Shown: positions 49,066-59,597 of the stretch, piece by piece
How positions within the stretch are numbered: the first letter of the stretch is position 1
How the letters are laid out: the number at the start of each line of letters is the position of its first letter
Origin: Acidobacteriota bacterium
GTDB taxonomy: Bacteria; Acidobacteriota; Thermoanaerobaculia; Multivoradales; Multivoraceae
Assembly (NCBI GenBank): GCA_011525365.1
Contig: WTGQ01000002.1
Location: forward strand, 473,064-537,063
Direction: 5' to 3'
DNA length: 64,000 bases
Notes under the pieces: model-generated
Seen by the model: the letters and a program-made list of their open reading frames with translations, nothing else
The model's database searches: none
Told to the model about the DNA's origin: nothing
Position numbers and translations under genes: made by a program

Positions 49066-49731
49066 GTGAACATTGGTGGCACGTTCTGGAAGTTGATGAA
49101 CGAGGGCGGCCCCGTCATGTGGCCATTGCTCGCTTTCTCCGTCATCGCGGCAGCGGTGGTGGTAGAGCGACTGATTGCGCTGCGACGGGCTCGGATCAAC
49201 GTTCACGAGTTCCTCCCCAAGGTGCGGAAGGCGCTGGTCGTGAACCGGTCGATTCGTGAAGCGGTCAAGGTATGCGAGGAGTACCGCGGTCCGGTCGCCT
49301 CGATCCTCAAGGCCGGTCTGATGAAGTACGGCCAGCCCAAGGAAGACGTCGAGAAGACCATCGAGAACGCGGCGCTGTTCGAGATGGGCCGCCTCGAGCG
49401 CGGCCTCGCGGTGCTGGCGACGACGGCCAACGTCGCCCCGCTGCTCGGGTTCTTCGGCACGGTTACGGGCATGATGGCCGGCTTCGACGCCCTGGCGGCA
49501 CAGGGTCTGTCGAACCCCGGCGCGGTCGCCACCGGCATCAAGGAGGCGCTGACCACGACCGCAGGAGGTCTCGCGGTCGCCATTCCGACCCAGTTGGCCT
49601 ACAACTACTTCATGAGCCGGATCAACAAGTTCGTCCGCGACATCGAGACCTCGGCGAACATGCTGCTCGAGACGTTCGGCGAGATGGAGCGCAGCGGCAT
49701 CCCGCCGGAGTCCGGCGGCGACGCCGGCTAG
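49066..49731 (+). CDS. exbB: MotA/TolQ/ExbB proton-channel family protein
   Basis: Three TM helices. 'LLGFFGTVTGMMAGF' and 'GLAVAIPTQLAYNYF' are ExbB/TolQ signature blocks. Confidence 0.9.
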   Translation: MNIGGTFWKLMNEGGPVMWPLLAFSVIAAAVVVERLIALRRARINVHEFLPKVRKALVVNRSIREAVKVCEEYRGPVASILKAGLMKYGQPKEDVEKTIENAALFEMGRLERGLAVLATTANVAPLLGFFGTVTGMMAGFDALAAQGLSNPGAVATGIKEALTTTAGGLAVAIPTQLAYNYFMSRINKFVRDIETSANMLLETFGEMERSGIPPESGGDAG

Positions 49732-49766
49732 CGGGCGTTCTTCCGGTTTCAGCCGAGTAGATCGAC

Positions 49767-50195
49767 ATGAAGCTCAAGGCAACCATCGAACACAAGCCGA
49801 ACATCCCGACGGCGTCGATGGCGGACATCGCCTTCCTGCTGATCATCTTCTTCATGCTGACGATCACCTTCGAGGTCGACAAGACCCAGGTGCAGTTGCC
49901 GAAGACGACGCTCAGGTACGAGATTCCGAAGCAGTCCGCCTACGTCTCGATCGATCCGAACGGGCGCATCCGGGTCTCCGACGGCACCGAGCAGAGCGCC
50001 CTGGTCAGCGCGGCCGACGAGGTTCTCTCGATGGCCGCGGGCGTCATCGCGATGGATCCGACGAAGGTCTTCGTCGTCAAGTCCGACGGCAACGTGACGT
50101 GGGACAAGGTCGACGAGGTGATCGACGCCTTGAAGCGGGCCAAGGTCCGGGACGTGTACCTGCTGTCGGATCAGGTGACGGTCGACGACCTGTAG
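49767..50195 (+). CDS. exbD: ExbD/TolR biopolymer transport protein
   Basis: 'MADIAFLLIIFFMLT' is the N-terminal TM helix, followed by a periplasmic domain. Confidence 0.9.
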   Translation: MKLKATIEHKPNIPTASMADIAFLLIIFFMLTITFEVDKTQVQLPKTTLRYEIPKQSAYVSIDPNGRIRVSDGTEQSALVSAADEVLSMAAGVIAMDPTKVFVVKSDGNVTWDKVDEVIDALKRAKVRDVYLLSDQVTVDDL

Positions 50196-50270
50196 GTTTG
50201 ACGAGGCGCTGTAAACTCGAAGAGGTGAGGGGATCAGAAACCCGATGCAGCGGATGGATGGAGGCGCAAG

Positions 50271-50708
50271 ATGAGACTTGACCGTGATCGCCCGGACGAT
50301 GAAATCCCGACCTCGTCGATGGCGGATATCGCCTTCCTGCTGATCGTCTTCTTCATGGTGACGACGACGTTCACCGCGACGCGTGGACTGGACTTCGCGC
50401 TTCCCGAGGACGACGACGATCCGCCGGTGGTCGAAAAGGAGGAATCGGTGCTGGTCGAGATCCTGCCGAGCGGCGAGTTGATCGTCGACCAGGATCCGAT
50501 GCCGTTGCACGAGATCATCCCCTACCTGAAGCCGAAGCTCGAGCGGAACCCGAAGAAGCCGGTGATCATCCGCCCCGATACCGCGACGCCGTACCGCTAC
50601 ATGGTCGAGGTCTACGACGAGCTGCGCCAGTGGGAGGACTACGGGCTGGAACAGCCGATCAACATCTCGGTTCCCACCCAGCGCGAGATCCAGAGCTTCT
50701 GGTACTAG
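50271..50708 (+). CDS. exbD: ExbD/TolR biopolymer transport protein, second copy
   Basis: 'MADIAFLLIVFFMVT' TM helix. Paralogue of the upstream gene. Confidence 0.88.
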   Translation: MRLDRDRPDDEIPTSSMADIAFLLIVFFMVTTTFTATRGLDFALPEDDDDPPVVEKEESVLVEILPSGELIVDQDPMPLHEIIPYLKPKLERNPKKPVIIRPDTATPYRYMVEVYDELRQWEDYGLEQPINISVPTQREIQSFWY

Positions 50709-50800
50709 AAGTCGGAATAGGCCGAGACCGGCTGGACGTTGAACTCAGACATACGCGACAGAACACCTGACCGAGAACCTGACCGAAGAGGGGTAACCGG

Positions 50801-51544
50801 ATGAGTGACGAGAACCTCGAACAGGCTGCATCCCCCGCGGAGGAGCCCACGAAGGACGAACCGACCGCGCTGACCTCCGCTGAACAGGGCCTGCTGACCT
50901 ACGTGCAGGAGACCCGCGAGGACAACAAGACGTTCCGCTACTCGTTGGGGCTGGCGGTCATCCTGCACGGGATCCTGCTGATCGTGAAGCTGCCCGACCT
51001 GTACGGCGACACAGTGGCGCCGCCGCCGAAGCCCAAGGTCTTCGTCGTGCAGCAGGTGCGCTTCAAGCCGCCGCCGCCGAAGGAAGAGCAGCAGATTCCG
51101 AAGCCGAAGTCGAAGAAGGTTCCGATCCCCGATCCCACGCCCGACGAGCCGGAGCCGATCCGGATCGACGAGCCTGAGGAGATCGACATCCCCGAGGTCG
51201 ACGATCTCGATCTCTTCGACCTCCCCGAGGCGCCGCCTCCGCCGGAACCGACCGGGCCGATCTACGTCACCGGCGACGTGACGAAGCCGGAGAAGATCAA
51301 CGAGATCCAGCCCCAGTACACCGAGATCGCGCGCAAGGCGCGGATCCAGGGTGTCGTCATCCTCCAGGCGACGATCGACAAGAACGGCGACATCACCGAC
51401 ATCAAGGTTCTGAAGCCTCTGCCGATGGGTCTTGCCGAAGCCGCGGTGTCGGCGGTGCAGCAGTGGAAGTTCAAGCCGGCGACGCTGAACGGCAAGCCGG
51501 TCGCCGTGTACTACAACCTGACCGTCAACTTCCAGCTCCAGTAG
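50801..51544 (+). CDS. tonB: Energy transducer TonB
   Basis: A TM anchor is followed by a Pro/Lys/Glu-rich spacer (PPPKPKV...) and a TonB C-terminal domain '[33 protein letters not shown]'. Confidence 0.85.
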   Translation: [247 protein letters not shown]

Positions 51545-51567
51545 AGCTGAGGAACTACGGCCCAATC

Positions 51568-52740
51568 ATGACTACTCGCCGATCCGTACTCGCACTTACT
51601 ACGGTCTGCGCGCTGCTGACCGCATCGGTGGCCTTCGCCGGCTGGGACGAAGGCGTCGCCGCGTTCAAGTCCGGCAACTACGCTCAGGCGATCGCCGAGT
51701 TCCAGCAGTTCGTCGAGGAGCGCCCCGACCAGCAGGCCGGTTACCAGATGCTGGGCCGTTCCCTGCTCCGGGGCGGCAAGGCCGGCGAAGCGGTTGCCGC
51801 GTTCCAGAAGGCAATCGAAATGAAGACCGACGACATTGGGAGCCAGGTGCTTCTGGGCCAGGCCTTCTACCAGAGCGGCAAGCCCAGGGAGTGCATCTCG
51901 ACGCTGAGCAGGCTGAACATCGGCGCGTTGCCCGCGAACATCCAGGTCGGGGTGTATGAGACGCGCGGAGCCAGCTACGCGCGGCTGGGTAACACCGGCA
52001 GCGCGGCGGCTGATCTGGGCAGGGTCGCCGACCTGAAGCCCAGCGACGCCGCGGCCCGCTTCGAGTACGGCCAGATGCTCCATAGCGATGCGCAGCTTGA
52101 TCCCGCGATTGCCGCCTACGAGCGGGCGATCTCGATGGACGGCAGCAAGTCGGAGTGGAAGAAGGTCCTCGTGAATGCCCTGAAGGTCAAGGGACGGAGT
52201 ACCCAGGGTTCCGGAAAGGCCGGCATCTACCGCAAGGCTGAAGACGTGGCGCGGAGCCTGGTCGGGAGCAGCCCCTCGTACGACAACCTCCTCCTGCTCG
52301 GCGAGGTGCAGCTTGGCGGCAAGAACTACGACTCGGCGGCATCGACGTTCCAGCAGGCGATTTCGAAGAGGCGCAACGACTGGCACTCCTACTTCTACCT
52401 GGGGCAGGCCTACGGCTCGCTCGAGCGTTTCAACGACGCCGAAGCGCCGCTGAACGACGCGCTAGGCCTCGCGTCGGGCGATGCCGAGAGGCAGATCCTC
52501 GACTATCTGGGCTTCGTGCTCTCGAAGCAGAACAAGTACGACCCGGCGATCTCGGCGTACGAACGGGCCGGGAACGCTGCTGGTGCCGCGCGGGTGCGTG
52601 AGAACAAGCAGATCGCGCAGGACAACAGGGACGCGGACGAGCACAACGCCCAAGTCGCGGAGTTGGAGCGCAAACGCGAGGAACTCCGCCAGCAACTCGA
52701 AGAGGTTCCCGGAGCGACGAACGAGCCTCCGCGGCGGTAA
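51568..52740 (+). CDS. Secreted TPR-repeat protein (Tol-Pal/TonB-cluster-associated)
   Basis: A signal peptide 'VLALTTVCALLTASVAFA' is followed by multiple TPR units and a C-terminal coiled coil. Confidence 0.75.
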   Translation: MTTRRSVLALTTVCALLTASVAFAGWDEGVAAFKSGNYAQAIAEFQQFVEERPDQQAGYQMLGRSLLRGGKAGEAVAAFQKAIEMKTDDIGSQVLLGQAFYQSGKPRECISTLSRLNIGALPANIQVGVYETRGASYARLGNTGSAAADLGRVADLKPSDAAARFEYGQMLHSDAQLDPAIAAYERAISMDGSKSEWKKVLVNALKVKGRSTQGSGKAGIYRKAEDVARSLVGSSPSYDNLLLLGEVQLGGKNYDSAASTFQQAISKRRNDWHSYFYLGQAYGSLERFNDAEAPLNDALGLASGDAERQILDYLGFVLSKQNKYDPAISAYERAGNAAGAARVRENKQIAQDNRDADEHNAQVAELERKREELRQQLEEVPGATNEPPRR

Positions 52741-52745
52741 CACAG

Positions 52746-52767
52746 TCGGCGTTCGCAGAACGCCAAC
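52746..52767. terminator. GC-rich hairpin between convergent genes (candidate bidirectional terminator)
   Basis: ggcgttc-gcag-gaacgcc is a 7-bp stem located between the TPR gene end and the gatB end. Confidence 0.35.
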
Positions 52768-52826
52768 GGTTCACACTGGGTGCGACGGCGTCCACGCCTT
52801 CCAGCTCCCGTCGCTCCGCCGCGCCG

Positions 52827-54320
<1,494 letters not shown>

Positions 54321-54331
54321 GGCCGTCCCCA

Positions 54332-55039
54332 ATGGCCGCGGCATCCTACAGCAGGCGCAATGTCGCACTCGCGGCCTACCGCCGCCAGCCGGTGTGGGCC
54401 GCCTTTCTCGGCGTGGTGCCGCAAGAGGGAGAAGCCGGTCCGGAGGACGCGTTCAGAGTTCTGGCGGACCAGGTGCCCGCGGCGGCGGCGGTAGCACCTG
54501 CCTGGCTTCGCCAGCGGCACGGCACCGACGTGCTGAGAGCGACGACGCCCGGACCGACCGGCGATGGGGATGCTCTGATCGTCTCGGAGTCCCGAGTTGC
54601 GGCCACGGTCTTCGTCGCCGACTGTGTGCCCGTGCTGATCGCCGCCGGCGATTCGGTGGCCGCGGTTCACGCCGGCTGGCGTGGGCTCGCGAGCGGCGTT
54701 CTGGCCTCTGCCATCCACGAGTTGAGCCGTAGTTCGTGCCGCGATGGGTCGTCGCCCGAGGCCTGGATCGGTCCGGCGATCGGACCCTGCTGCTATGAGG
54801 TCGGCGAAGACGTCGCCGCCCAGGTGGAGTCCCGGAGCGGTCCGGAGGTGGTTACTCGAAGGCCCGGCCGGAAGCCGCGCCTCGATCTTCCGCTGGCCGC
54901 GTCGCGTCAACTTGCCGGCCTGGGCGTGGTCCGGGTCTCGACCGTGGAACGCTGCGTACGCTGCAGTCCGGACTGGTGGAGCTATCGTCGAGACGGCGCT
55001 CGCGCCGGCCGCAACTACGGGTTCATCTGGCGCGAGTAG
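54332..55039 (+). CDS. pgeF: Purine nucleoside phosphorylase/laccase-domain protein (YfiH/PgeF, DUF152)
   Basis: 'FVADCVPVL' and 'AAVHAGWRG' carry the conserved Cys/His residues of the PgeF family. Confidence 0.85.
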   Translation: MAAASYSRRNVALAAYRRQPVWAAFLGVVPQEGEAGPEDAFRVLADQVPAAAAVAPAWLRQRHGTDVLRATTPGPTGDGDALIVSESRVAATVFVADCVPVLIAAGDSVAAVHAGWRGLASGVLASAIHELSRSSCRDGSSPEAWIGPAIGPCCYEVGEDVAAQVESRSGPEVVTRRPGRKPRLDLPLAASRQLAGLGVVRVSTVERCVRCSPDWWSYRRDGARAGRNYGFIWRE

Positions 55040-55046
55040 TTGAGCG

Positions 55047-55349
55047 CTAGTCGGCCTGACGGGAAGTGCGGCTTCGCGCCTTGCGCGTGGGGTCGATCCC
55101 CACGGACCGGAGGAAGGCGAGGTCGCGGCCGTTGATCCTGAAGGGCGGGGCCGGTTGAGGCGGTTTCGTGTCGTCCTCCGTCTCGGCTTCGTCGGCACTC
55201 TCGAACGGCTTGCAGTCGAGGAACAGATTCAGCGTGTAGCCTTCGCGCCGAATCGACTCGAGCCGGTCGTGGACTTCAGGCGACTCTGCGATCGCCTCGC
55301 ACAGGGAGCGGGTGAGATCTTCGAGCAGTTGCTTGAGCCGGGGTTCCAT
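55047..55349 (-). CDS. Hypothetical small acidic protein
   Basis: GC3 is about 80%, consistent with coding. No recognisable domain. Its start codon shares a CCATGG palindrome with the divergent gene. Confidence 0.4.
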   Translation of the reverse strand: MEPRLKQLLEDLTRSLCEAIAESPEVHDRLESIRREGYTLNLFLDCKPFESADEAETEDDTKPPQPAPPFRINGRDLAFLRSVGIDPTRKARSRTSRQAD

Positions 55350-56400
55350 GGCACCGAGAGCATTATCCCAGACAGACACTCCGCGCGACAGTCCGGGTTC
55401 GTCACCGGCCGATCGGGAGCTCTGGAGGCCGGTCGTCGAAGAGCTTGGAGCCGCGGGTTTCCGGCCCGTTTCGTTCGAGCCGTTGGCGGGCGACGTCTCC
55501 GCGCGGCGCTACGCGCGGCTGCGCCTCGAGAGCGGCGAGAAGTTCGTCGTCTGCGCGTACCCGGACGACATGGCCGACGTGGCGTCACGGTTCCTGGCCG
55601 CGACGGAACTGCTGAACTCGGTCGGGGTGCCGCTGCCACGAGTTGAACGGCACTCGCTCGGCGAGCCCGTCTGGATCCTTCAGGAAGACGTGGGACCGCA
55701 GACGGTCTTCGACCGATGGGAGGGAGGCGGTCTGAGTCCGGCGGCACTTGACCGGTGCCTGGCGCAAGCGATGGAGCACGTTGACCGAATCCACCTCCTG
55801 TCGCCCGACAGCGTGCGCGCTCTGGGCTCGCCCCCGCTCGACCGGAACCTGCTGATGGCGGAACTCGACCTGACCTGGGAGCGCTTTCTCGAGCCGCGCG
55901 GACTGGTGCGAGACCGGACGCTGGCCGAGCAACTGCGCGCTATGTGCAACGTCGTGTGCGAGCGTCTCGGTTCGGCGGCGCCTGTGCCCTGTCATCGCGA
56001 TTTCATGGTTCGTAACCTGATGCTGCGGGCCTCGGCCCGGGAGGAGTCTGAACCGGAGGTCGTCGTGATCGATCACCAGGACCTGCGTCTGGGGCCGCCG
56101 CACTACGACCTGGCTTCGCTGCTGAACGACAGTCTGACCCTCTCCGCCGGTCGGCGGTGTGGTCACCTGGCAGTCCTGGGAGAAGACACCGACGAGCTTG
56201 CCCTGTACAACGCCGCGGTTTCACAGCGGATGCTCAAGATCGCCGGCACGTTCGCCCACTTCGCCGCGCTCGGCAACGACCGTCACCTGCCGTTGATCCG
56301 GCCCGCCCTGCGGCGGTTCTTCGACGCTCTGGACGGTCTTCCCGAAGGCCGTGAACTCGCACCCCGCCTGCGGCGGGAGTGGACGGCGTCTAGCTGCTAG
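55348..56400 (+). CDS. Phosphotransferase enzyme family (APH/ChoK-like kinase)
   Basis: The catalytic loop 'PCHRDFMVRNLM' (HxDxxxxN) and 'VVIDHQD' (the DxD metal-binding region) are present. The start is uncertain and likely downstream of 55348. Confidence 0.75.
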   Translation: MAPRALSQTDTPRDSPGSSPADRELWRPVVEELGAAGFRPVSFEPLAGDVSARRYARLRLESGEKFVVCAYPDDMADVASRFLAATELLNSVGVPLPRVERHSLGEPVWILQEDVGPQTVFDRWEGGGLSPAALDRCLAQAMEHVDRIHLLSPDSVRALGSPPLDRNLLMAELDLTWERFLEPRGLVRDRTLAEQLRAMCNVVCERLGSAAPVPCHRDFMVRNLMLRASAREESEPEVVVIDHQDLRLGPPHYDLASLLNDSLTLSAGRRCGHLAVLGEDTDELALYNAAVSQRMLKIAGTFAHFAALGNDRHLPLIRPALRRFFDALDGLPEGRELAPRLRREWTASSC

Positions 56401-56437
56401 ACTCGCTTGTTGAGCCCGACGTCAACAGGAGAACCCC

Positions 56438-56632
56438 ATGCCTTCCATTGGCATCCAAGAGCTTCTCATCATCTTCGTCATCCTGATGGTCATCTTCGGC
56501 GGCAGCAAGCTGCCGCTGCTGGGGCGGGGGATGGGTGAGGGCATCCGCAACTTCAAGCGGGGGCTGCGGGGCGACGACTCCTCCGAGCTGGAGGAGGAAA
56601 ACGCGTCTTCGTCGGGCGCCAAGAGCAGCTAG
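56438..56632 (+). CDS. tatA: Twin-arginine translocase subunit TatA/E
   Basis: 'MPSIGIQELLIIFVILMVIFGGSKLP' TM helix plus an amphipathic helix 'GEGIRNFKRGL'. Confidence 0.9.
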   Translation: MPSIGIQELLIIFVILMVIFGGSKLPLLGRGMGEGIRNFKRGLRGDDSSELEEENASSSGAKSS

Positions 56633-57378
56633 CCGCCCGCCAGCACCGCGAAGTCGAGCCCGTCAGGGTTGATGGCGGCCCAGGCCGCGCGGTGGTGCGC
56701 GATGTAGACGCGGAGCACGCTGTTGGCGAACCCTCGCGTCTCGCGGAAGGGAGGCAGGCCGCCGAAACGGTCGACCGCGCCGGGACCCGCGTTGTAACCC
56801 CCGAGAGCCAGGATCAGGTCGTCGTCGAAACGGCGCAACAGGTAGGCCAGGTAGCTCACGCCCGCGTGGAGGTTCTGGCTGGGGTCGTAGGCATCGGCGA
56901 CTCCCAGCTGTTCGGCGGTCGTCGACATCATCTGCATCAGGCCGAGGGCGCCCCGGGGCGAGACCGCTTCCGAGTTGAACGAGGATTCGGCCTGGACGAT
57001 GGCCGCCACGAGGAGCGGGTCGACGCCGTGCCGCTCGGCGGCGCCGAGGATCAGGCCACCATACGGAACACTCTGCATCCGGTCGCGGACCGCGTGCTCG
57101 TCGGCGGCGCCGATGAACAGCTCGAAGCTCTCCCGGCGCGACTGAATGCACTCGTACAGTGGACCCTCTCCAAGGTACGCCGTGGCGGCGTCGGCCGACG
57201 GTTCAAGCCAGGCCCGGATCTGCTCCAGAAGCACGACGTCTTCCAGAGGAGGCGACGTCGGCAACGCTGCCATGTGCCGACCGGGCGCGGTTTCGCGCGG
57301 CGTGGCGGTCAGAATGGCCGCCGTAGCCACGGTTATCGCAATCGTCCGGTACCGGAGACTGAGCTTCTGGAAGGTCAT
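56629..57378 (-). CDS. Lytic transglycosylase (SLT domain), secreted
   Basis: 'AIVQAESSFNSEAVSPRGALGLMQMM' is the catalytic Glu-Ser motif. 'YNAGPG' is present. An N-terminal signal is predicted. Confidence 0.85.
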   Translation of the reverse strand: MTFQKLSLRYRTIAITVATAAILTATPRETAPGRHMAALPTSPPLEDVVLLEQIRAWLEPSADAATAYLGEGPLYECIQSRRESFELFIGAADEHAVRDRMQSVPYGGLILGAAERHGVDPLLVAAIVQAESSFNSEAVSPRGALGLMQMMSTTAEQLGVADAYDPSQNLHAGVSYLAYLLRRFDDDLILALGGYNAGPGAVDRFGGLPPFRETRGFANSVLRVYIAHHRAAWAAINPDGLDFAVLAGG

Positions 57379-57485
57379 TGGGACGTGTGCTGGAAGGCGT
57401 TTCGTTTGCTCTTTGGCGGAGGTCGCCGCTTGAACCCTGATCTGCGCCGGGGAATCGCTGGCAGATGAGTACGTTGCTTGACGGC

Positions 57486-57519
57486 GTCAGGCGCTTCGCT
57501 GCCAGGGGGAGCGCCTGAC
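57486..57519 (-). terminator. GC-rich hairpin downstream of the fis-like gene (candidate intrinsic terminator, no U-tract)
   Basis: gtcaggcgct ... agcgcctgac is a 10-bp perfect stem with a 14-nt loop. Confidence 0.3.
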
Positions 57520-57604
57520 CACGTTTCGAACTGCAAGCTGTATGCCGGTCTGATTCAGGTCGGATGAAGGTCCGAGCCGGCTAGCCTGCGATGCGTTTCG
57601 GGCG

Positions 57605-57898
57605 TTATCTCGACTGAATCCTCTTGCCGGAGCCTCGGTAGTCGGTGGCTTGTATCTGAAGCGTGGCGACCTTGTTCCGCAGCGTGTTGCGATGGAGCCC
57701 CAGGTGGTTTGCCGAGTTGGTGATGTTGCCGTGGTTGAGTCGTAGGGAAGCGAGAATGAACTGCCGTTCGAAGATCTCGCGGGCCTGCGCCAGGGTGACG
57801 CCCTGGGAAGCCAACTGACTCACCAGGCGATCAAGTTGGCCGTTGAGATCCTCGGTTGCGTCGTCCGGAAGGCGGTAGTCTGGGCTGAGTGGCTTCAA
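57605..57898 (-). CDS. Fis-family DNA-binding protein
   Basis: The C-terminal HTH 'GNITNSANHLGLHRNTLRNKV' matches the Fis/NtrC-type HTH. Confidence 0.75.
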   Translation of the reverse strand: MKPLSPDYRLPDDATEDLNGQLDRLVSQLASQGVTLAQAREIFERQFILASLRLNHGNITNSANHLGLHRNTLRNKVATLQIQATDYRGSGKRIQSR

Positions 57899-58030
57899 CG
57901 CGAGTCACATGCCGAAACGTCTATTTTAGCACAAGGTTCCGGCATTCCGGACCTTCGCAAGGCCAGAATCTCCAGGCGAAATCGACGGTGCTGGCGGTCG
58001 TCCGGGTAGCGCGCTGGCGAGGGATCCGGC

Positions 58031-58900
58031 TCAGTTGTCGGCGTTCTCTTCGGCGGGGCGACCCTGTCGATTCCTGTCCGGGCGGATGGGCGTGGCCGGC
58101 AGCTTGCTTCGGAGTTTCCGGAGCTGCTCCTCCGAAGGCGCCTTCTTGAGCCACGGGCTGCCCGGAAACTCGTTCCGCAGCCGATCGCAGGCTTCGTTGA
58201 GGTACTCATAGCGGTCGAGTCCAAGCCTGCTCGGAATCTGCTGGAGCACCAGGCGATACGTGAGGCACATGTGGGCAAGGATCTTGTCGGGCTCCGGGTA
58301 GTCGGGGTACTGCTCGAGCATCTCCCTGAAGCGGTTGCCGGCGGCGGTGGGGGTACGGAAACGGTAGTAGAAGGCTCCGACGACGAACTCGTGTTCCGCG
58401 AGGTGGTTGCGGACCTCGACGATCCGCTGGGCCGCCTGCCCCGCGAACTGGCTGGTCGGGTACAGCCGGCGGACGTTTTCGAACTCGTTCAGCGCCAGTC
58501 GGGCTGTCTGCTGATCGCGGTCCGGCTTCTCCATTCGTTCGGCGAGCGAGGCCGCGAGACGGAACTGGGCGTAGGCCGCCTGGTCGGAGGTCGGGAACCG
58601 GTTCAGGAAGTCCCGGTAGCGCTGCTCGGCCTCGACGTACGACTGGTAACCGCCGCGCAGAAACAGGGCGTCCGCGGCCAGCAGCAGCCCTTCGCGACCG
58701 GTCTCGGAGTTCGGCTCGACCTCGAAGGCGTGGACGAGGTGTTCGCGCGCCTGCGTGAACTTCTCCTCCTCCAGCAGTTGCTTGCCGATCTCGAGGGCCT
58801 CCGCCGACGAGAGTCGAAGGATGGGGTCGTCCCTGACGCCCCCGCATCCGACGAACAGGGCCAGCGCGGCCGCCAGCAGGAGCGTGCGGCGACGGTTCAT
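58031..58900 (-). CDS. bamD: Outer membrane protein assembly factor BamD (lipoprotein)
   Basis: The lipobox 'LFVGCGG' is present. TPR-like BamD blocks 'AAYAQFRLAASL' and 'AQRIVEVRNHLAEHEFVVGAFYY' are present. Confidence 0.85.
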   Translation of the reverse strand: MNRRRTLLLAAALALFVGCGGVRDDPILRLSSAEALEIGKQLLEEEKFTQAREHLVHAFEVEPNSETGREGLLLAADALFLRGGYQSYVEAEQRYRDFLNRFPTSDQAAYAQFRLAASLAERMEKPDRDQQTARLALNEFENVRRLYPTSQFAGQAAQRIVEVRNHLAEHEFVVGAFYYRFRTPTAAGNRFREMLEQYPDYPEPDKILAHMCLTYRLVLQQIPSRLGLDRYEYLNEACDRLRNEFPGSPWLKKAPSEEQLRKLRSKLPATPIRPDRNRQGRPAEENADN

Positions 58901-59550
58901 TCGCCCGCCTGCCGTCGGAGGGCGACCAGGGTTTCGACGGGCTGCTGCGCCGCGAAGACGCCGGAGCCGACGACGGCGACGTCGACACCGGCGGCGGCCA
59001 CCTCGTCCAGGTTGCCGGGCTTGATTCCGCCGTCCATTTCGATGCTCACGGGCAGTTCCCGTTCCTCGACCAGGGCGCGGAGGCGCCGGGCCTTCTCGAG
59101 CACTTCGGGGTGGAAGGCCTGGCCGGCGAAACCGGGCACGACCGACATCAGCACGACGAAGTCCAGTTGATCCAGGTAGGGCAGGAGTTCGTCCAGCGGG
59201 GTCGCCGGGTTGATCGCCACGCCGGCGCCGGCGCAGCGCTCGCGGATGCGCGCCGCAAGCCGTCCCGGCTCGTCTGTCACCTCGTGGTGGATCGACACCC
59301 AGGCCGGCTCGCTGTCCAGATACCGGTCGAGCAGCGCTTCCGGGTTCGAGACCATCAGGTGGATGTCGAAGCCGACGCCCGTTCGCCTGGCCAGATCGGC
59401 GATCACCGGCGGGCCGAAGGTCAGGTTGGGTACGAAGTGACCGTCCATCACGTCGACGTGGATCAATTGCGCGCCGCCGTCCTCGCAGAGCTTGACTGCG
59501 GAGGCCAGGTCGGCGAGGTCCGCCGCCAGGATCGAAGGCGCGATCTTCAT
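58897..59550 (-). CDS. rpe: Ribulose-phosphate 3-epimerase
   Basis: 'MKIAPSILAADLADL', 'HVDVMDGHFVPN' and 'MSVVPGFAGQAF' are present. Confidence 0.93.
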   Translation of the reverse strand: MKIAPSILAADLADLASAVKLCEDGGAQLIHVDVMDGHFVPNLTFGPPVIADLARRTGVGFDIHLMVSNPEALLDRYLDSEPAWVSIHHEVTDEPGRLAARIRERCAGAGVAINPATPLDELLPYLDQLDFVVLMSVVPGFAGQAFHPEVLEKARRLRALVEERELPVSIEMDGGIKPGNLDEVAAAGVDVAVVGSGVFAAQQPVETLVALRRQAGE

Positions 59551-59597
59551 CGTTCAGGTTCTTGCGGGCGGCCGTGCTTGCGGGCGGACTGGCGGGT

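Noticed and set aside
57379-57604. Possible tRNA or small RNA gene in the slt-fis spacer, and in other >150-nt spacers
   Set aside because: No GTTCGAATC-type T-arm or cloverleaf-compatible segment was found by eye. Only a simple GC hairpin is present. tRNAscan or Infernal would be needed to be certain.
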